Origin: an uncultured Gammaproteobacteria bacterium
GTDB taxonomy: Bacteria; Patescibacteriota; Patescibacteriia; UBA1558; GWA2-36-10
Direction of reading: 5' to 3'
NCBI GenBank assembly: GCA_964638415.1
Contig: CAZWYP010000006.1
Location: 2,244 to 66,243 of the forward strand
Length of the DNA: 64,000 nucleotides
This document shows, one piece after another, positions 28,921-38,500 of this stretch (its first letter is position 1; each line of letters starts with the position of its first letter). The translations under genes and the position numbers were made by a program. The notes beneath the pieces are model-generated. The model worked only from the letters and a program-made list of their open reading frames with translations, made no database searches and was not told the origin of the DNA.

Positions 28921-30059
28921 TTCACTACACTCTGTAAAACATTATCCAATTGGTAACCTATTTTCTCCCAGGTATATTTAGCTATTACCTTCTCCCGTCC
29001 CGCATTGCCATAAGCTTTGGCTACTCTGGGATTATCCAAAAGATATTTTAACATTAAAACTAAATTATCTACATTGCCAGGCTTAACCAATAAGCCATTC
29101 TGCTTTTTATCCACTACCGATCTGACTCCCGGTAAATCAGAAGCAATTACCGGCACATTAGTAGCCATCGCCTCCAATAAAACGATACCGAAAGCTTCCG
29201 AGCGATCAATGGAAGGTAAGACAAAAATATCAGCTAGGTTATAAAAACGGGGCAAATCGCTGTCCGATACAAAACCGGCAAAAATAACTTTTTTAGATAA
29301 GCCTAAGCTGTTTACTAAGCTTTGGTAGCTCTCTTTAAGATCACCACCACCGGCAATAACTAAGCGGATGTCATTATTATTGGATAATTTGCTCATGGCT
29401 TGAATCAGAATATTCACTCCCTTGAAATAATGGGCTTTATCTAAAGCACCGACAAATAAAATTACTTTTTTATCATAAAGATCATAGCGCTGCATTAATT
29501 CCTTATCCGGTAAGCGACGCTTGAATAGTAGATGATTAACTCCGCAGGGAATTTCCACGAACTTTTCCGGCTCTACCTGCAAACGCTCCTTAAGACTGGA
29601 CTGTCGGGCATAATCATAAGAAGTGACAATAATCTTATCGGCCCGATCCAAAATCTTAGGCAATACATGCTGAGTGTGCCAACCAAAAAACTTAGCTAAT
29701 AAGCCCGTACCTACTACATCCATATGGTAAGTGACGACCAGCTTCAAGTCCTTGAATTTATCTAAAAAGTAAATAGTTTCTGCTCCGCCAAAAAAAGGAT
29801 AATGCAGATGAATAACATCATATTTAGGTAAATGCCACCATAATTGGGGCAAAATACCGGCATTGCCGTATTTAAACCAAGGATAAAGCCGCATTACTTT
29901 AAAAGGCAATTCTTCAGTCTGACTGAATTTTTTATATAAAGGCGTAAAGACTGTCACTTCATGACCCAAAGCAGCCAAAGACCAGGAATTGTAATAAGCG
30001 ACATTGCCAATGCCTCCTTTATATGGTGGGAATGTAGATGTGACTTCCGCAATTTTCAT
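28917..30059 (-). CDS. glycosyltransferase family 4
   Basis: 380 aa. GT-B. RSEAFGIVLLEAMATNVPVIASDLPG. Confidence 0.75.
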   Translation of the reverse strand: MKIAEVTSTFPPYKGGIGNVAYYNSWSLAALGHEVTVFTPLYKKFSQTEELPFKVMRLYPWFKYGNAGILPQLWWHLPKYDVIHLHYPFFGGAETIYFLDKFKDLKLVVTYHMDVVGTGLLAKFFGWHTQHVLPKILDRADKIIVTSYDYARQSSLKERLQVEPEKFVEIPCGVNHLLFKRRLPDKELMQRYDLYDKKVILFVGALDKAHYFKGVNILIQAMSKLSNNNDIRLVIAGGGDLKESYQSLVNSLGLSKKVIFAGFVSDSDLPRFYNLADIFVLPSIDRSEAFGIVLLEAMATNVPVIASDLPGVRSVVDKKQNGLLVKPGNVDNLVLMLKYLLDNPRVAKAYGNAGREKVIAKYTWEKIGYQLDNVLQSVVK

Positions 30060-30078
30060 TAAGCTAAATTTAAAATAA

Positions 30079-31149
30079 TTACCAAATAATTAATATTCTA
30101 ACAATCTGCCAATATGCATTAAAAACTATATTGGCTATCTTTAAAGCTGTATTCTCCAAAGGCTGGAAAAGAATCTTGCCAGTAAACCGGCGACAAATTT
30201 CCCGATCATTCACTTTCCTTTTAGTCTGGATATTCCGGCGCCGGGAAAAGAATATTTCCCACTGTTCATAGTCAATTAGCCATTGGTAAGCCTTAAGCTT
30301 CTCCCGCCAGTATTTATTCTTTACGGCAAATATCCACTGGCCGATTTCCATCACCAGCCAAGCGGGAAATAATAAGAGAATAGTTAATAGCTTGTAATTC
30401 TTTAAGGACACCCATAAGCGGTTTCTTTCAAACCAATAGACTTGCTTGAAAGTTCTATCAAATTCATATTTGTGGTAAATAATGCTTTGCGGTATTAAAT
30501 AATTATCATAACCCAATAAGCGCAGAGACCAGCCTAAATCCAAATCTTCCAGATACATAAACATGGTATCGTCAAACAAATAGCCTAATTCTGACAAAGC
30601 GGACATGGAGATAAAGACACCGGCACCGGAAGCATAGTTAATCTTACTGACTTCCTGCTTATTATCATCAACCTCTTCGCAATGCGTGGCATAGCCAAAA
30701 CCCAAGTAATGAATATCATTGCCTAAAGAGTTAATCAGCGGACTGTTGTCCGGAGACCAAATCCTAATCTTTGACTGCAATGATCCAAACTTATGCTCCT
30801 TGGCAAAGTTATACAGCGGCTGCAAAAATCCCGGTTCAATAACCGTATCCTGATTCAATAAATAAATAAAATCAGCACCGATGCTTTGGGCATACTCATA
30901 ACCCACATTATTAGCACCGACATAGCCTAAATTCTTCTTATTGACAATAACCTTAATCTCCGGATAATGCTGTTCTAAATAAGAAACAGAGTCATCGCTG
31001 GAATTATTATCCACTACCAAAATTTCCCAATCAAAATCTTCATACTTCTCCTTGGTTAAAGTTGGTAATAAATCATCCCAGTACTTGCGGCTGTTATAGC
31101 TTGGTATTATTACAATTACCTTATCTCTTTTTGGCATGGTTAATAGCAT
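30079..31149 (-). CDS. glycosyltransferase family 2
   Basis: 356 aa. VIVIIPSYNSRKYW...LVVDNNSSDDS. C-terminal TM. Confidence 0.7.
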   Translation of the reverse strand: MLLTMPKRDKVIVIIPSYNSRKYWDDLLPTLTKEKYEDFDWEILVVDNNSSDDSVSYLEQHYPEIKVIVNKKNLGYVGANNVGYEYAQSIGADFIYLLNQDTVIEPGFLQPLYNFAKEHKFGSLQSKIRIWSPDNSPLINSLGNDIHYLGFGYATHCEEVDDNKQEVSKINYASGAGVFISMSALSELGYLFDDTMFMYLEDLDLGWSLRLLGYDNYLIPQSIIYHKYEFDRTFKQVYWFERNRLWVSLKNYKLLTILLLFPAWLVMEIGQWIFAVKNKYWREKLKAYQWLIDYEQWEIFFSRRRNIQTKRKVNDREICRRFTGKILFQPLENTALKIANIVFNAYWQIVRILIIW

Positions 31150-31453
31150 CCTCGCGAGTTAATCTGGTCAGGTCTGTTTCTATCTTATTCAAGCGGATAA
31201 ATATTCTGAACAATAGATAGAAGACAATAATAATAGACAAATAGACTACTAAGTCGGCACCACGGCCAATGCCTAAGATATTTGCCAGATAACTAGTGCT
31301 ATTAGGCTGCCAGAAAACCAATAAGATCGCCAGCCACAGCAGCAGCCAGATTAAAAAATTAGCCGTAGATATTTTATCTGCTTGTTTTTGTTTAAATAGC
31401 TTGAAAACCATAACTAGCGTAAACAAGCTTACTATAATCTGCAACCAAATCAT
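31121..31453 (-). CDS. DUF2304-like small membrane protein
   Basis: 110 aa with two TM. Central GIGRGADLVVYLSIII motif. Adjacent to a polyprenol-phosphate GT2, as is typical for DUF2304. Confidence 0.55.
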   Translation of the reverse strand: MIWLQIIVSLFTLVMVFKLFKQKQADKISTANFLIWLLLWLAILLVFWQPNSTSYLANILGIGRGADLVVYLSIIIVFYLLFRIFIRLNKIETDLTRLTREDAINHAKKR

Positions 31454-32133
31454 TTGCTTAATTTGTTAAATAATAAATCTTTAATAATCTGCAAGCCTCC
31501 CTGCCCCCGACCCTTGCCGGCTAAAAGCGATTGTCCGAAAGAAAAATATTTGACAGTCATCGGCACTTCTTTTATCCGCAGTTTCAATTTATGGGCTTTA
31601 GCGGCAATTTCACTGCAATGGGCTGCTCCATCGTGCTCAATAATAATCTTGGCTGCTGTTTCCTTAGTCATCGCCCGAAAACCGCTTTGCGGATCTGTAA
31701 GCTTTATACCTAAAAACAAGCGATTAATCAACCGGGCAATGGGAAAGATCAACTTATCCTTAAGCCAGGGCAATTCTGATTTCTTATCCAAAAAACGGGA
31801 GCCAAAAACAATATCATATTGCTGAGTTAATAATGGAGCAATAATCTCCGATATTTCTTTGACTAAAAATTGCCCATCAGCGTCAAAATGGACAATTATA
31901 TCGGCACCCATCTTCAGAGCATAATCATTGCCGGTTTGCAAAGCTGCTCCCTGGCCGCGATTAAGACGGTGGGATAATAAAACCACCGGAAACTGCTCTA
32001 CTATTTTAGCCGTCTGGTCAGAAGAGGCGTCGTTTATTACTACCACTTCATAAGGCAAATTTTTCAGCTCCGCCAATACTGAACCAATGCTTTGTTCTTC
32101 ATTGAAAGCCGGAATAACGACAAATACTCTCAT
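31450..32133 (-). CDS. polyprenol-phosphate glycosyltransferase (Dpm1/ArnC-like GT2)
   Basis: 227 aa. MRVFVVIPAFNEEQSIGSVL...VVVINDASSDQT. Soluble GT2 of the dolichol-phosphate mannosyltransferase type. Confidence 0.75.
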   Translation of the reverse strand: MRVFVVIPAFNEEQSIGSVLAELKNLPYEVVVINDASSDQTAKIVEQFPVVLLSHRLNRGQGAALQTGNDYALKMGADIIVHFDADGQFLVKEISEIIAPLLTQQYDIVFGSRFLDKKSELPWLKDKLIFPIARLINRLFLGIKLTDPQSGFRAMTKETAAKIIIEHDGAAHCSEIAAKAHKLKLRIKEVPMTVKYFSFGQSLLAGKGRGQGGLQIIKDLLFNKLSK

Positions 32134-32150
32134 AACCTTATTAAATTTAA

Positions 32151-33197
32151 TTATTCATCTACTTCACCGCTGTCTTGACTTAAATACGGGCGATACAAAC
32201 GACCGCGAGACTGGAAATCATCAACGGTTTCCCTCAAGCCTTCATCGATAGAGACCAAGGGAAGCCAATTAAGCTCAGTTTTGGCTTTGGCAATATCCGG
32301 TAAAGCAGGTTTGGTAGCATAAGCAAAATTCTCCTGATTGGCAATAACTGCCTTAGAATTAGTCAGGGAGATAATCTTGCTAGCAATTTCATTCAATGTG
32401 TAAGTATTTTCATCACCAAAGTTCACTGGATCTTTAATATCTGAGGCCATCAAGGAAATCAGGCCTTCTACTAAATCTTTAACATAACAAAAACTGTAAG
32501 TTAAATTCTCTGCTCCGGCGATTACTACTTCTTTGCCGTCTAATGCTTCCTGAATATAATCCGGAATATGCCGGCCGCTATGCTGCAGCATTCTCGGTCC
32601 GTAGGTGGAAAAAATTCTGGCAATGCGCGTGTCTAATTTATAAAAATCACGATAAGTAGCCGTTAAAGTTTCAGCAAATCTTTTGCCTTCATTATAACAA
32701 GCTCGAGGTCCTAAATAATTAATCAAACCATAATAATCTTCCTTGACTCGAGAGTTGTCTTCCGGCGGTTCACCATAAACCGATGAGGTAGAAGCTAATA
32801 AATAACGGGCTTTGTATTTTTTAGCAATTTCCAAGCTGTTAATTACTCCCAAGGAATTAGCGTGAGCAGTTTCAATGGGCAACTTGGTATAATCCTTAGC
32901 GGAAGTTGGGCAAGCTAGATTATAAACTTCCTGAAATCCCTGCAAGTCCACCTTAAATTTCTGCAATTCCGGAAATTCATCAAAATTCAACTCCCGATTA
33001 ATATCGTGGCGGACAAATTCAAAATTGGGATATTCCAAAAGCATTTTAATGTTCTCCACGTCGGAAGAGATAAAATTATCTACGCAAATTACATTATCTC
33101 CAGATTTCAATAGCGACTCGCATAAATGCGAACCGATAAATCCAGCGCCACCCAAGACTAGAATGTTCTTTTTAGTGATAGGAATTCTTGTCGTCAT
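32151..33197 (-). CDS. UDP-glucuronate decarboxylase (UXS / ArnA-C-terminal-like SDR)
   Basis: 348 aa. GGAGFIGSHL Rossmann motif. LLASTSSVYGEP...GPRACYNEGKRFAE...RIFSTYGPRM closely matches UDP-xylose synthase. Confidence 0.75.
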   Translation of the reverse strand: MTTRIPITKKNILVLGGAGFIGSHLCESLLKSGDNVICVDNFISSDVENIKMLLEYPNFEFVRHDINRELNFDEFPELQKFKVDLQGFQEVYNLACPTSAKDYTKLPIETAHANSLGVINSLEIAKKYKARYLLASTSSVYGEPPEDNSRVKEDYYGLINYLGPRACYNEGKRFAETLTATYRDFYKLDTRIARIFSTYGPRMLQHSGRHIPDYIQEALDGKEVVIAGAENLTYSFCYVKDLVEGLISLMASDIKDPVNFGDENTYTLNEIASKIISLTNSKAVIANQENFAYATKPALPDIAKAKTELNWLPLVSIDEGLRETVDDFQSRGRLYRPYLSQDSGEVDE

Positions 33198-33202
33198 ATT
33201 TT

Positions 33203-33910
33203 TTATTTAATTTTTTTAAAAGTATAATACCAACGAATTTTAATAAGTTCAGCTAAAGTCAAAAAATAACCCTTTATTCCTACCTTGGAATCCAGATTAT
33301 TCTCCCAGACAATCGGCACTTCTTTTACTGCTAATTTATGCTGCCTAGCTAGCCACATCAGCTCAAAGTCAAATCCCCAACCGTTAGTAATCATCTGTGA
33401 AAATAAAATTTTACAATCCGCGCGAAAAAGCTTGAAGCCGCATTGAGTGTCTTTGATATCCAAAGACAATAAATACCTAACTAGCCAATTACCAGATTTT
33501 CCTAACATTACCTTCAGCTTATTCTGCTCTTTTAAAATAACTGAATCTGCTAAAGCTCTGGAGCCAATAACTATTGGGTATTGCGAGCAATACGGCAACA
33601 ATTTACTTAATTCGCTAATGTCGGTGGAATTATCCGCATCCATGAATAAAATTAAATCGCCGGTCGCCGCCAAAACCCCCTTCTTAACAGTATAGCCTTT
33701 ACCATGATTGCCTAAATTGCGCAAAAGCTTAATTCCGGAAATTTTCTCTAAAATGTGCCTGGTGTTGTCTGTAGAACCGTCATCTACCACAATTATCTCT
33801 GAATGACTAAAATTCTCAAGCAGCCAAGTCTTAACTTTAGCCAAAGTTTCACCGATTATTGCTGCTTCATTGAAAGCCGGAATAACCACACTGATTTTCT
33901 TCTGTTCCAT
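33203..33910 (-). CDS. polyprenol-phosphate glycosyltransferase (GtrB-like GT2)
   Basis: 235 aa. ISVVIPAFNEAAIIGETL...IIVVDDGSTDNT. Confidence 0.75.
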   Translation of the reverse strand: MEQKKISVVIPAFNEAAIIGETLAKVKTWLLENFSHSEIIVVDDGSTDNTRHILEKISGIKLLRNLGNHGKGYTVKKGVLAATGDLILFMDADNSTDISELSKLLPYCSQYPIVIGSRALADSVILKEQNKLKVMLGKSGNWLVRYLLSLDIKDTQCGFKLFRADCKILFSQMITNGWGFDFELMWLARQHKLAVKEVPIVWENNLDSKVGIKGYFLTLAELIKIRWYYTFKKIK

Positions 33911-34338
33911 TAATTTACCTTAAACGTCCAAAGTTTCTGCAACCAAAAATTCCAATTCATTACAATAATAATCGTTAATACTTTAGCTAAAATATCATAC
34001 CAATGCAAATGGTCAACAAAAATGTACAAAAAGAATAAAGTCCATAACAAACCGCCGCTGGCTACCAAGATGAATTTAAAATACTGACCGGAAAAACTTT
34101 GATGATTAACTTTAAAAGTCCAGTATTTATTCAGTAAAAAACTGCAGCTAGCTGCCAAGAAAAAGGCCATAATCGCAGCAGATAAGTAATGCCAATAAAC
34201 TATTCTAGTAAAGAAAACATAAACTGCCAAATCAACCAAAGTATTAAAACCGCCAATTAAAGAAAATTTGATAAACTGCTTAACTGAAGGACGGTCATTT
34301 AACCAACGGATAATTTGCAAATCATTATCTATCCACAT
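33910..34338 (-). CDS. GtrA-family membrane protein
   Basis: 142 aa with 4 TM. FIKFSLIGGFNTLVDLAVY...NKYWTFK GtrA signature. Confidence 0.65.
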   Translation of the reverse strand: MWIDNDLQIIRWLNDRPSVKQFIKFSLIGGFNTLVDLAVYVFFTRIVYWHYLSAAIMAFFLAASCSFLLNKYWTFKVNHQSFSGQYFKFILVASGGLLWTLFFLYIFVDHLHWYDILAKVLTIIIVMNWNFWLQKLWTFKVN

Positions 34339-34339
34339 A

Positions 34340-36430
34340 TTAAGAAGCTACTTCCAATTGATAACCATTCTTATCATTACTGTCGCGCAGATAAAAACTA
34401 TTTTTTTCTACGCCGTCATAATTGTAAATTCGCAATAAAGCAGCTGATCCTTTATGCGGCAAAGTTAAAATCTCAGGAATGCCATCGCCAGATAAATCAC
34501 GCACCACCAATTCCACTCCTCCTTTATAATTAGCATTAAAGGCTAACCAATCATGTTTAAGCTTACCCTTATAGCTAAATAAGCGAATCTGAGTGGCTAA
34601 ATTACGACTGGGAGCGGTAACAATTTCCTGCCAACCGTCATTATTCACATCACCTACGCTTACCTCTACTCCCTGGTCAAAATTGTCATAAGCAACAAAC
34701 TGGCTGTATAAACGGTTGCGCCAGTCAAAAACCTTCACTTCACTTATTCGACCGGCTGCTGGCGCAGTAATGATCTCGTCTTTACCATCATTATTCACAT
34801 CGCCAAGAGCTAAATTTACTCCGCCATAATAATTTCCCTCATAAACGAAAAATTGGTTTTTTACCTGACCCTGCCAATTAAAAATCTTCAAATGCGGGCC
34901 ACCCTTACTTTCTGGGGCAGTAATAATTTCGTTTTGGCCATCGCCATCAATATCCCCGATGGCAATATTGACTCCGCCGGAAAACTTAGCATCATAAGCA
35001 AACCACTCGGATAATAATTCTCCAGCTAAGCTAAAAACTTTAAGATGCGGTCCGCCGCCGGCTTTGGGAGCAGTGATAATTTCCATTAAATCATCATTAT
35101 TCACATCACCGATAGCAATATTGACTCCACCTTTAAACTTTTCTGCATAAGCCAGAAAATTATCTAATTCATTTCCTTCCTGATCTAAAACAATAATTTG
35201 GGGAATTTGACCGCTGTCTGGAGCTATTACCAAATACTTTAATTCATCTTCCAATTGCGCGGCTAAATTAAGAGCCGCACCAATATCAATTAAGCCGGAG
35301 CCTAGAGCTGCATAGTTATCTGGATTAGCCGTTTTTAAGCTTTGAGAGCTCTGAGATAGAATATTATAAATATTATAAGGGCGCAGGTTGGGATAATGCA
35401 TTTTCAACAAACTGGCGGTGCCGGAAATTATCGGCGCAGCCACTGATGTTCCTGACCAGCCAGTTCCGTAATACGCTGTTAGTTTACTATCTCCAGTTTT
35501 TTGAAATAAAGTAGAATAAAAGTTAGCGCCGGGAGCGGAAAGATCAATACAGTTGCTGCCATGATTGGCAAAGGTAGCTAATTTTTTCTGATTATCAACC
35601 GCCGATACTCCCAACACCCGGTTAATCTCATCCAATTCACATACCGGGTAACGCGGAGTAACATTAAGATTCAATCCTTTGTTCTCTTCATTGCCGGAAG
35701 CTGCCACCACTACCACTCCCGCCTCATAAGCTTCCTTAATCGCTTGCTTAATAGTATTATCGTAAGACTTACCAACTAAGCTTAGATTAATAATATCCGC
35801 TCCATTCTCTACGGCATAATCAATAGCTTGGGACAAAACTAAAGTATTGCCCTGACCAAATTCATCCAAAATACGCAAAGGCATTATTTTAGCGTGGGGA
35901 GCAATGCCGACAATCCCGCTGTCATTAGCCGTTCCGGCCAAAATTCCCGCCACTACTGTACCATGATTAATTGACACTATATCGTATTCCCCAGAAACAT
36001 CTGGCTCTGGAACATTGTCGCTGTCAACAAAATCCCAGCCTACCACATCGTCAATATAGCTATTGCGATCATCATCAATGCCATTATCCGCTATTTCTCC
36101 GGCATTTAACCAAATATTATTAACTAAATCCGGATGATCCAAATCAACTCCGGAATCTAAGATAGCCACTACTACTTCTTTATTCACTTGCAAATCATTA
36201 GACCAGCTGGGCTTAATATTAATCAAATCAAAATACGTCTGGTAAACCAAGTTGGGATCCTGCGGAGTATAATCCTGTTTAAACCTGCTAACCGCAGAAA
36301 CTGTAGGCAATAAAAGCAATAAGCCAAGGGTTAAATTTAAAGAATATAATAACTTTTTTAACACGCCGTGGTTAATTAAATAATTAGGCCATAATTTGTC
36401 TAAATTATAACAAAAAACCCTGTTAATCAC
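34340..36430 (-). CDS. subtilisin-like serine peptidase (S8) with C-terminal FG-GAP repeat beta-propeller
   Basis: 696 aa. Catalytic triad motifs DSGVDLDHPDL, HGTVVAGI, GTSVAAP. C-terminus has 5-6 repeats of about 47 aa (GGVNIAIGDVNNDG..EIITAP..GGPHLKVF). Confidence 0.8.
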   Translation of the reverse strand: MINRVFCYNLDKLWPNYLINHGVLKKLLYSLNLTLGLLLLLPTVSAVSRFKQDYTPQDPNLVYQTYFDLINIKPSWSNDLQVNKEVVVAILDSGVDLDHPDLVNNIWLNAGEIADNGIDDDRNSYIDDVVGWDFVDSDNVPEPDVSGEYDIVSINHGTVVAGILAGTANDSGIVGIAPHAKIMPLRILDEFGQGNTLVLSQAIDYAVENGADIINLSLVGKSYDNTIKQAIKEAYEAGVVVVAASGNEENKGLNLNVTPRYPVCELDEINRVLGVSAVDNQKKLATFANHGSNCIDLSAPGANFYSTLFQKTGDSKLTAYYGTGWSGTSVAAPIISGTASLLKMHYPNLRPYNIYNILSQSSQSLKTANPDNYAALGSGLIDIGAALNLAAQLEDELKYLVIAPDSGQIPQIIVLDQEGNELDNFLAYAEKFKGGVNIAIGDVNNDDLMEIITAPKAGGGPHLKVFSLAGELLSEWFAYDAKFSGGVNIAIGDIDGDGQNEIITAPESKGGPHLKIFNWQGQVKNQFFVYEGNYYGGVNLALGDVNNDGKDEIITAPAAGRISEVKVFDWRNRLYSQFVAYDNFDQGVEVSVGDVNNDGWQEIVTAPSRNLATQIRLFSYKGKLKHDWLAFNANYKGGVELVVRDLSGDGIPEILTLPHKGSAALLRIYNYDGVEKNSFYLRDSNDKNGYQLEVAS

Positions 36431-36530
36431 AAGTAAAATTTATAATCACTATAAATACATGATATACTAAAAAAGATGTCTTCAAGGCTCATTAAAGTCT
36501 TGGCTAATAATTAACAAAAAAATATGAATA

Positions 36531-36560
36531 AAAAAACACCCTGTTTTCAGGGTGTTTTTT
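36531..36560. terminator. bidirectional rho-independent terminator
   Basis: Perfect hairpin caccctg tttt cagggtg flanked by an A7 run and a T6 run. Immediately after the stop of the glycoside hydrolase gene. Confidence 0.55.
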
Positions 36561-37548
36561 ATTTGACAAATAATTGCTTGGCAAAATCCCAATACTGACT
36601 ATCCCCGTTCTGCTTTTGCCAATACCACCACTCTATTCCCCATAAATAAGTAGCAGGAAAATTAATATTCTGTGCTAGCTGGACATTGGCTCTAAATTGC
36701 TGCAAATCAAAAGATTTTTGGTACTCTTCCTTAGATAAATCCTGCAAACGGCCAGTGGGAGACCAAGGTTCAGCTTGTAATTCACTAATCACTACTTGAT
36801 CTGCCTTATCTACTCTAGCTGCTTTCCATTGGTAAAACCAGCTGGGTAAAAACCAGCGCCAATAACCGAAATTCTTATTCCACGCCACCCGATACAATGA
36901 TGATCCCAATTGGTCAGCTAATTTCCCTTCTTTGCCCCACATGCTTAATTCTCCAGAAACAGTAAGTAAAATCGGGCGATCGTCCAAACTTTTAACTAGG
37001 GAGATTTCTTTCTTTAAAAAATCCTCATCAGCAGCTGGGCAAACACCAAACCAATCTACTAGCGGCTCATTCTCTACCTGCCAGGCAATAATTTCCTTTC
37101 GATCTCGGTAGCGTTCTACCACCATTTTCAGCATCGCCAAGGTTCTTTGCTGCTTAACTTCCAATTCAGAATTTTCTAACCAAGCCGGCGTATGGCATTC
37201 CGGCCAGCGCGGCAAGCGCCAGCCAATTGCTGCCAAAAACTGAACATCGCGCTTAGCGCCTTCATTTAAAATTTCATCGAATTTGCCAAAATCATAAACA
37301 CCTTCTGTGGCTTCGATCTCATCCCAGTAAATCGGCAAACGCACCTTTTTAATCTGCAGGTCGTCAAAAGCTGCTTGGTAAACTTCCTGCCAGGATAATT
37401 CTAAACGATCCGTCTGCTTGGTGGAGAAAGTCACTCCCCAGAACTGATTATCTGTCCTTAATTCTTTTATCCGGGGATAATGCTTGTCAAAACGGAGATA
37501 CCAAACAGCAAAAACGATAATTAAAATTAGAATAATAATTTTCCACAT
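36559..37548 (-). CDS. membrane-anchored clan GH-A (TIM-barrel) glycoside hydrolase, GH5/GH10-like
   Basis: 329 aa. N-terminal TM. Putative acid/base motif WQVENEP and nucleophile motif VISELQ. Confidence 0.5.
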   Translation of the reverse strand: MWKIIILILIIVFAVWYLRFDKHYPRIKELRTDNQFWGVTFSTKQTDRLELSWQEVYQAAFDDLQIKKVRLPIYWDEIEATEGVYDFGKFDEILNEGAKRDVQFLAAIGWRLPRWPECHTPAWLENSELEVKQQRTLAMLKMVVERYRDRKEIIAWQVENEPLVDWFGVCPAADEDFLKKEISLVKSLDDRPILLTVSGELSMWGKEGKLADQLGSSLYRVAWNKNFGYWRWFLPSWFYQWKAARVDKADQVVISELQAEPWSPTGRLQDLSKEEYQKSFDLQQFRANVQLAQNINFPATYLWGIEWWYWQKQNGDSQYWDFAKQLFVK

Positions 37549-37551
37549 AAT

Positions 37552-38484
37552 TTAAATGGCAATAAAATACAAACCTAGACTAATTAAAATAATAGCAATC
37601 GCCTTCTGGATAATTACCGCTTTACTAATATTCTCTTTGACTATTTGCGGGAAAAACAAAGACAATAATGCGCCAAAGATCAGGAGAAAAGCATATTCCA
37701 CTCCCTGCAAAGCGCTCACTAAAGCCACTGAGGCTAAAGATACTGCATAATTCTGGAGCAAGAAACCGACAGCAGCAATTAATTGGTTAATTAAAAAAAT
37801 AATCCTCCCTTTTTGTTTTAAATTAAACAAACTTTTAAAAATCTTCTTCCGGTAATCATTCCTAATTAGCAAAAACAAGACGGCAATAAAACTGCCTAAA
37901 CGCATCCAGATAAAACCGCTAAAGAAGGGCTGATGGGTATAAAGATATTTAGTGCCGACAAAAAATAAGCCAAAAAACAAACCAGCACCCAAAGCAAACC
38001 AAATAGCCAAAACTTGGTTTTCCGCTTCCGGACGAAACCAAGCTTTAATCTTATCCCATAATTCATGAGAGTCAGGAAACCAAGAAATAATAATAGTACC
38101 TAAAAGCAATAAAATAATAGCTAGCCATTGGTAGAAAGTAAAAGACTCCTTCAGTAAAAAAATGGACAGAATTAAGATAAAAATAGGTATAGAGCCTCCC
38201 ATAATGGGAATGATCCGCGAAGCTTCGCCTAATTTTAAGGCTTTGTACATTAAAAGCAAAGCAATAGGAAACAAAGCGCCAACTAATAAATTAAGGCTAA
38301 AAACCGTCCAGCCGCTCCAGATTAGCCACCAGGGCGCCAATAGCCAGACTAATAAACCCAATATTCCTACGAGAAAAGTATAAGCATGGTGATTAGGTAA
38401 GAATTTCTGCAGTAAAAACTTATCAGTCAAATTGACTAGAGCGAGAATAAAATAAGCAATAATAGCAATTAATAACCAAGACAT
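37552..38484 (-). CDS. EamA/DMT-superfamily membrane transporter-like protein
   Basis: 310 aa with about 10 TM. GEASRIIPIMGGSIPIFILILSIFLLKE resembles the EamA motif. Confidence 0.45.
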   Translation of the reverse strand: MSWLLIAIIAYFILALVNLTDKFLLQKFLPNHHAYTFLVGILGLLVWLLAPWWLIWSGWTVFSLNLLVGALFPIALLLMYKALKLGEASRIIPIMGGSIPIFILILSIFLLKESFTFYQWLAIILLLLGTIIISWFPDSHELWDKIKAWFRPEAENQVLAIWFALGAGLFFGLFFVGTKYLYTHQPFFSGFIWMRLGSFIAVLFLLIRNDYRKKIFKSLFNLKQKGRIIFLINQLIAAVGFLLQNYAVSLASVALVSALQGVEYAFLLIFGALLSLFFPQIVKENISKAVIIQKAIAIILISLGLYFIAI

Positions 38485-38500
38485 ATAAATATTATATTAT

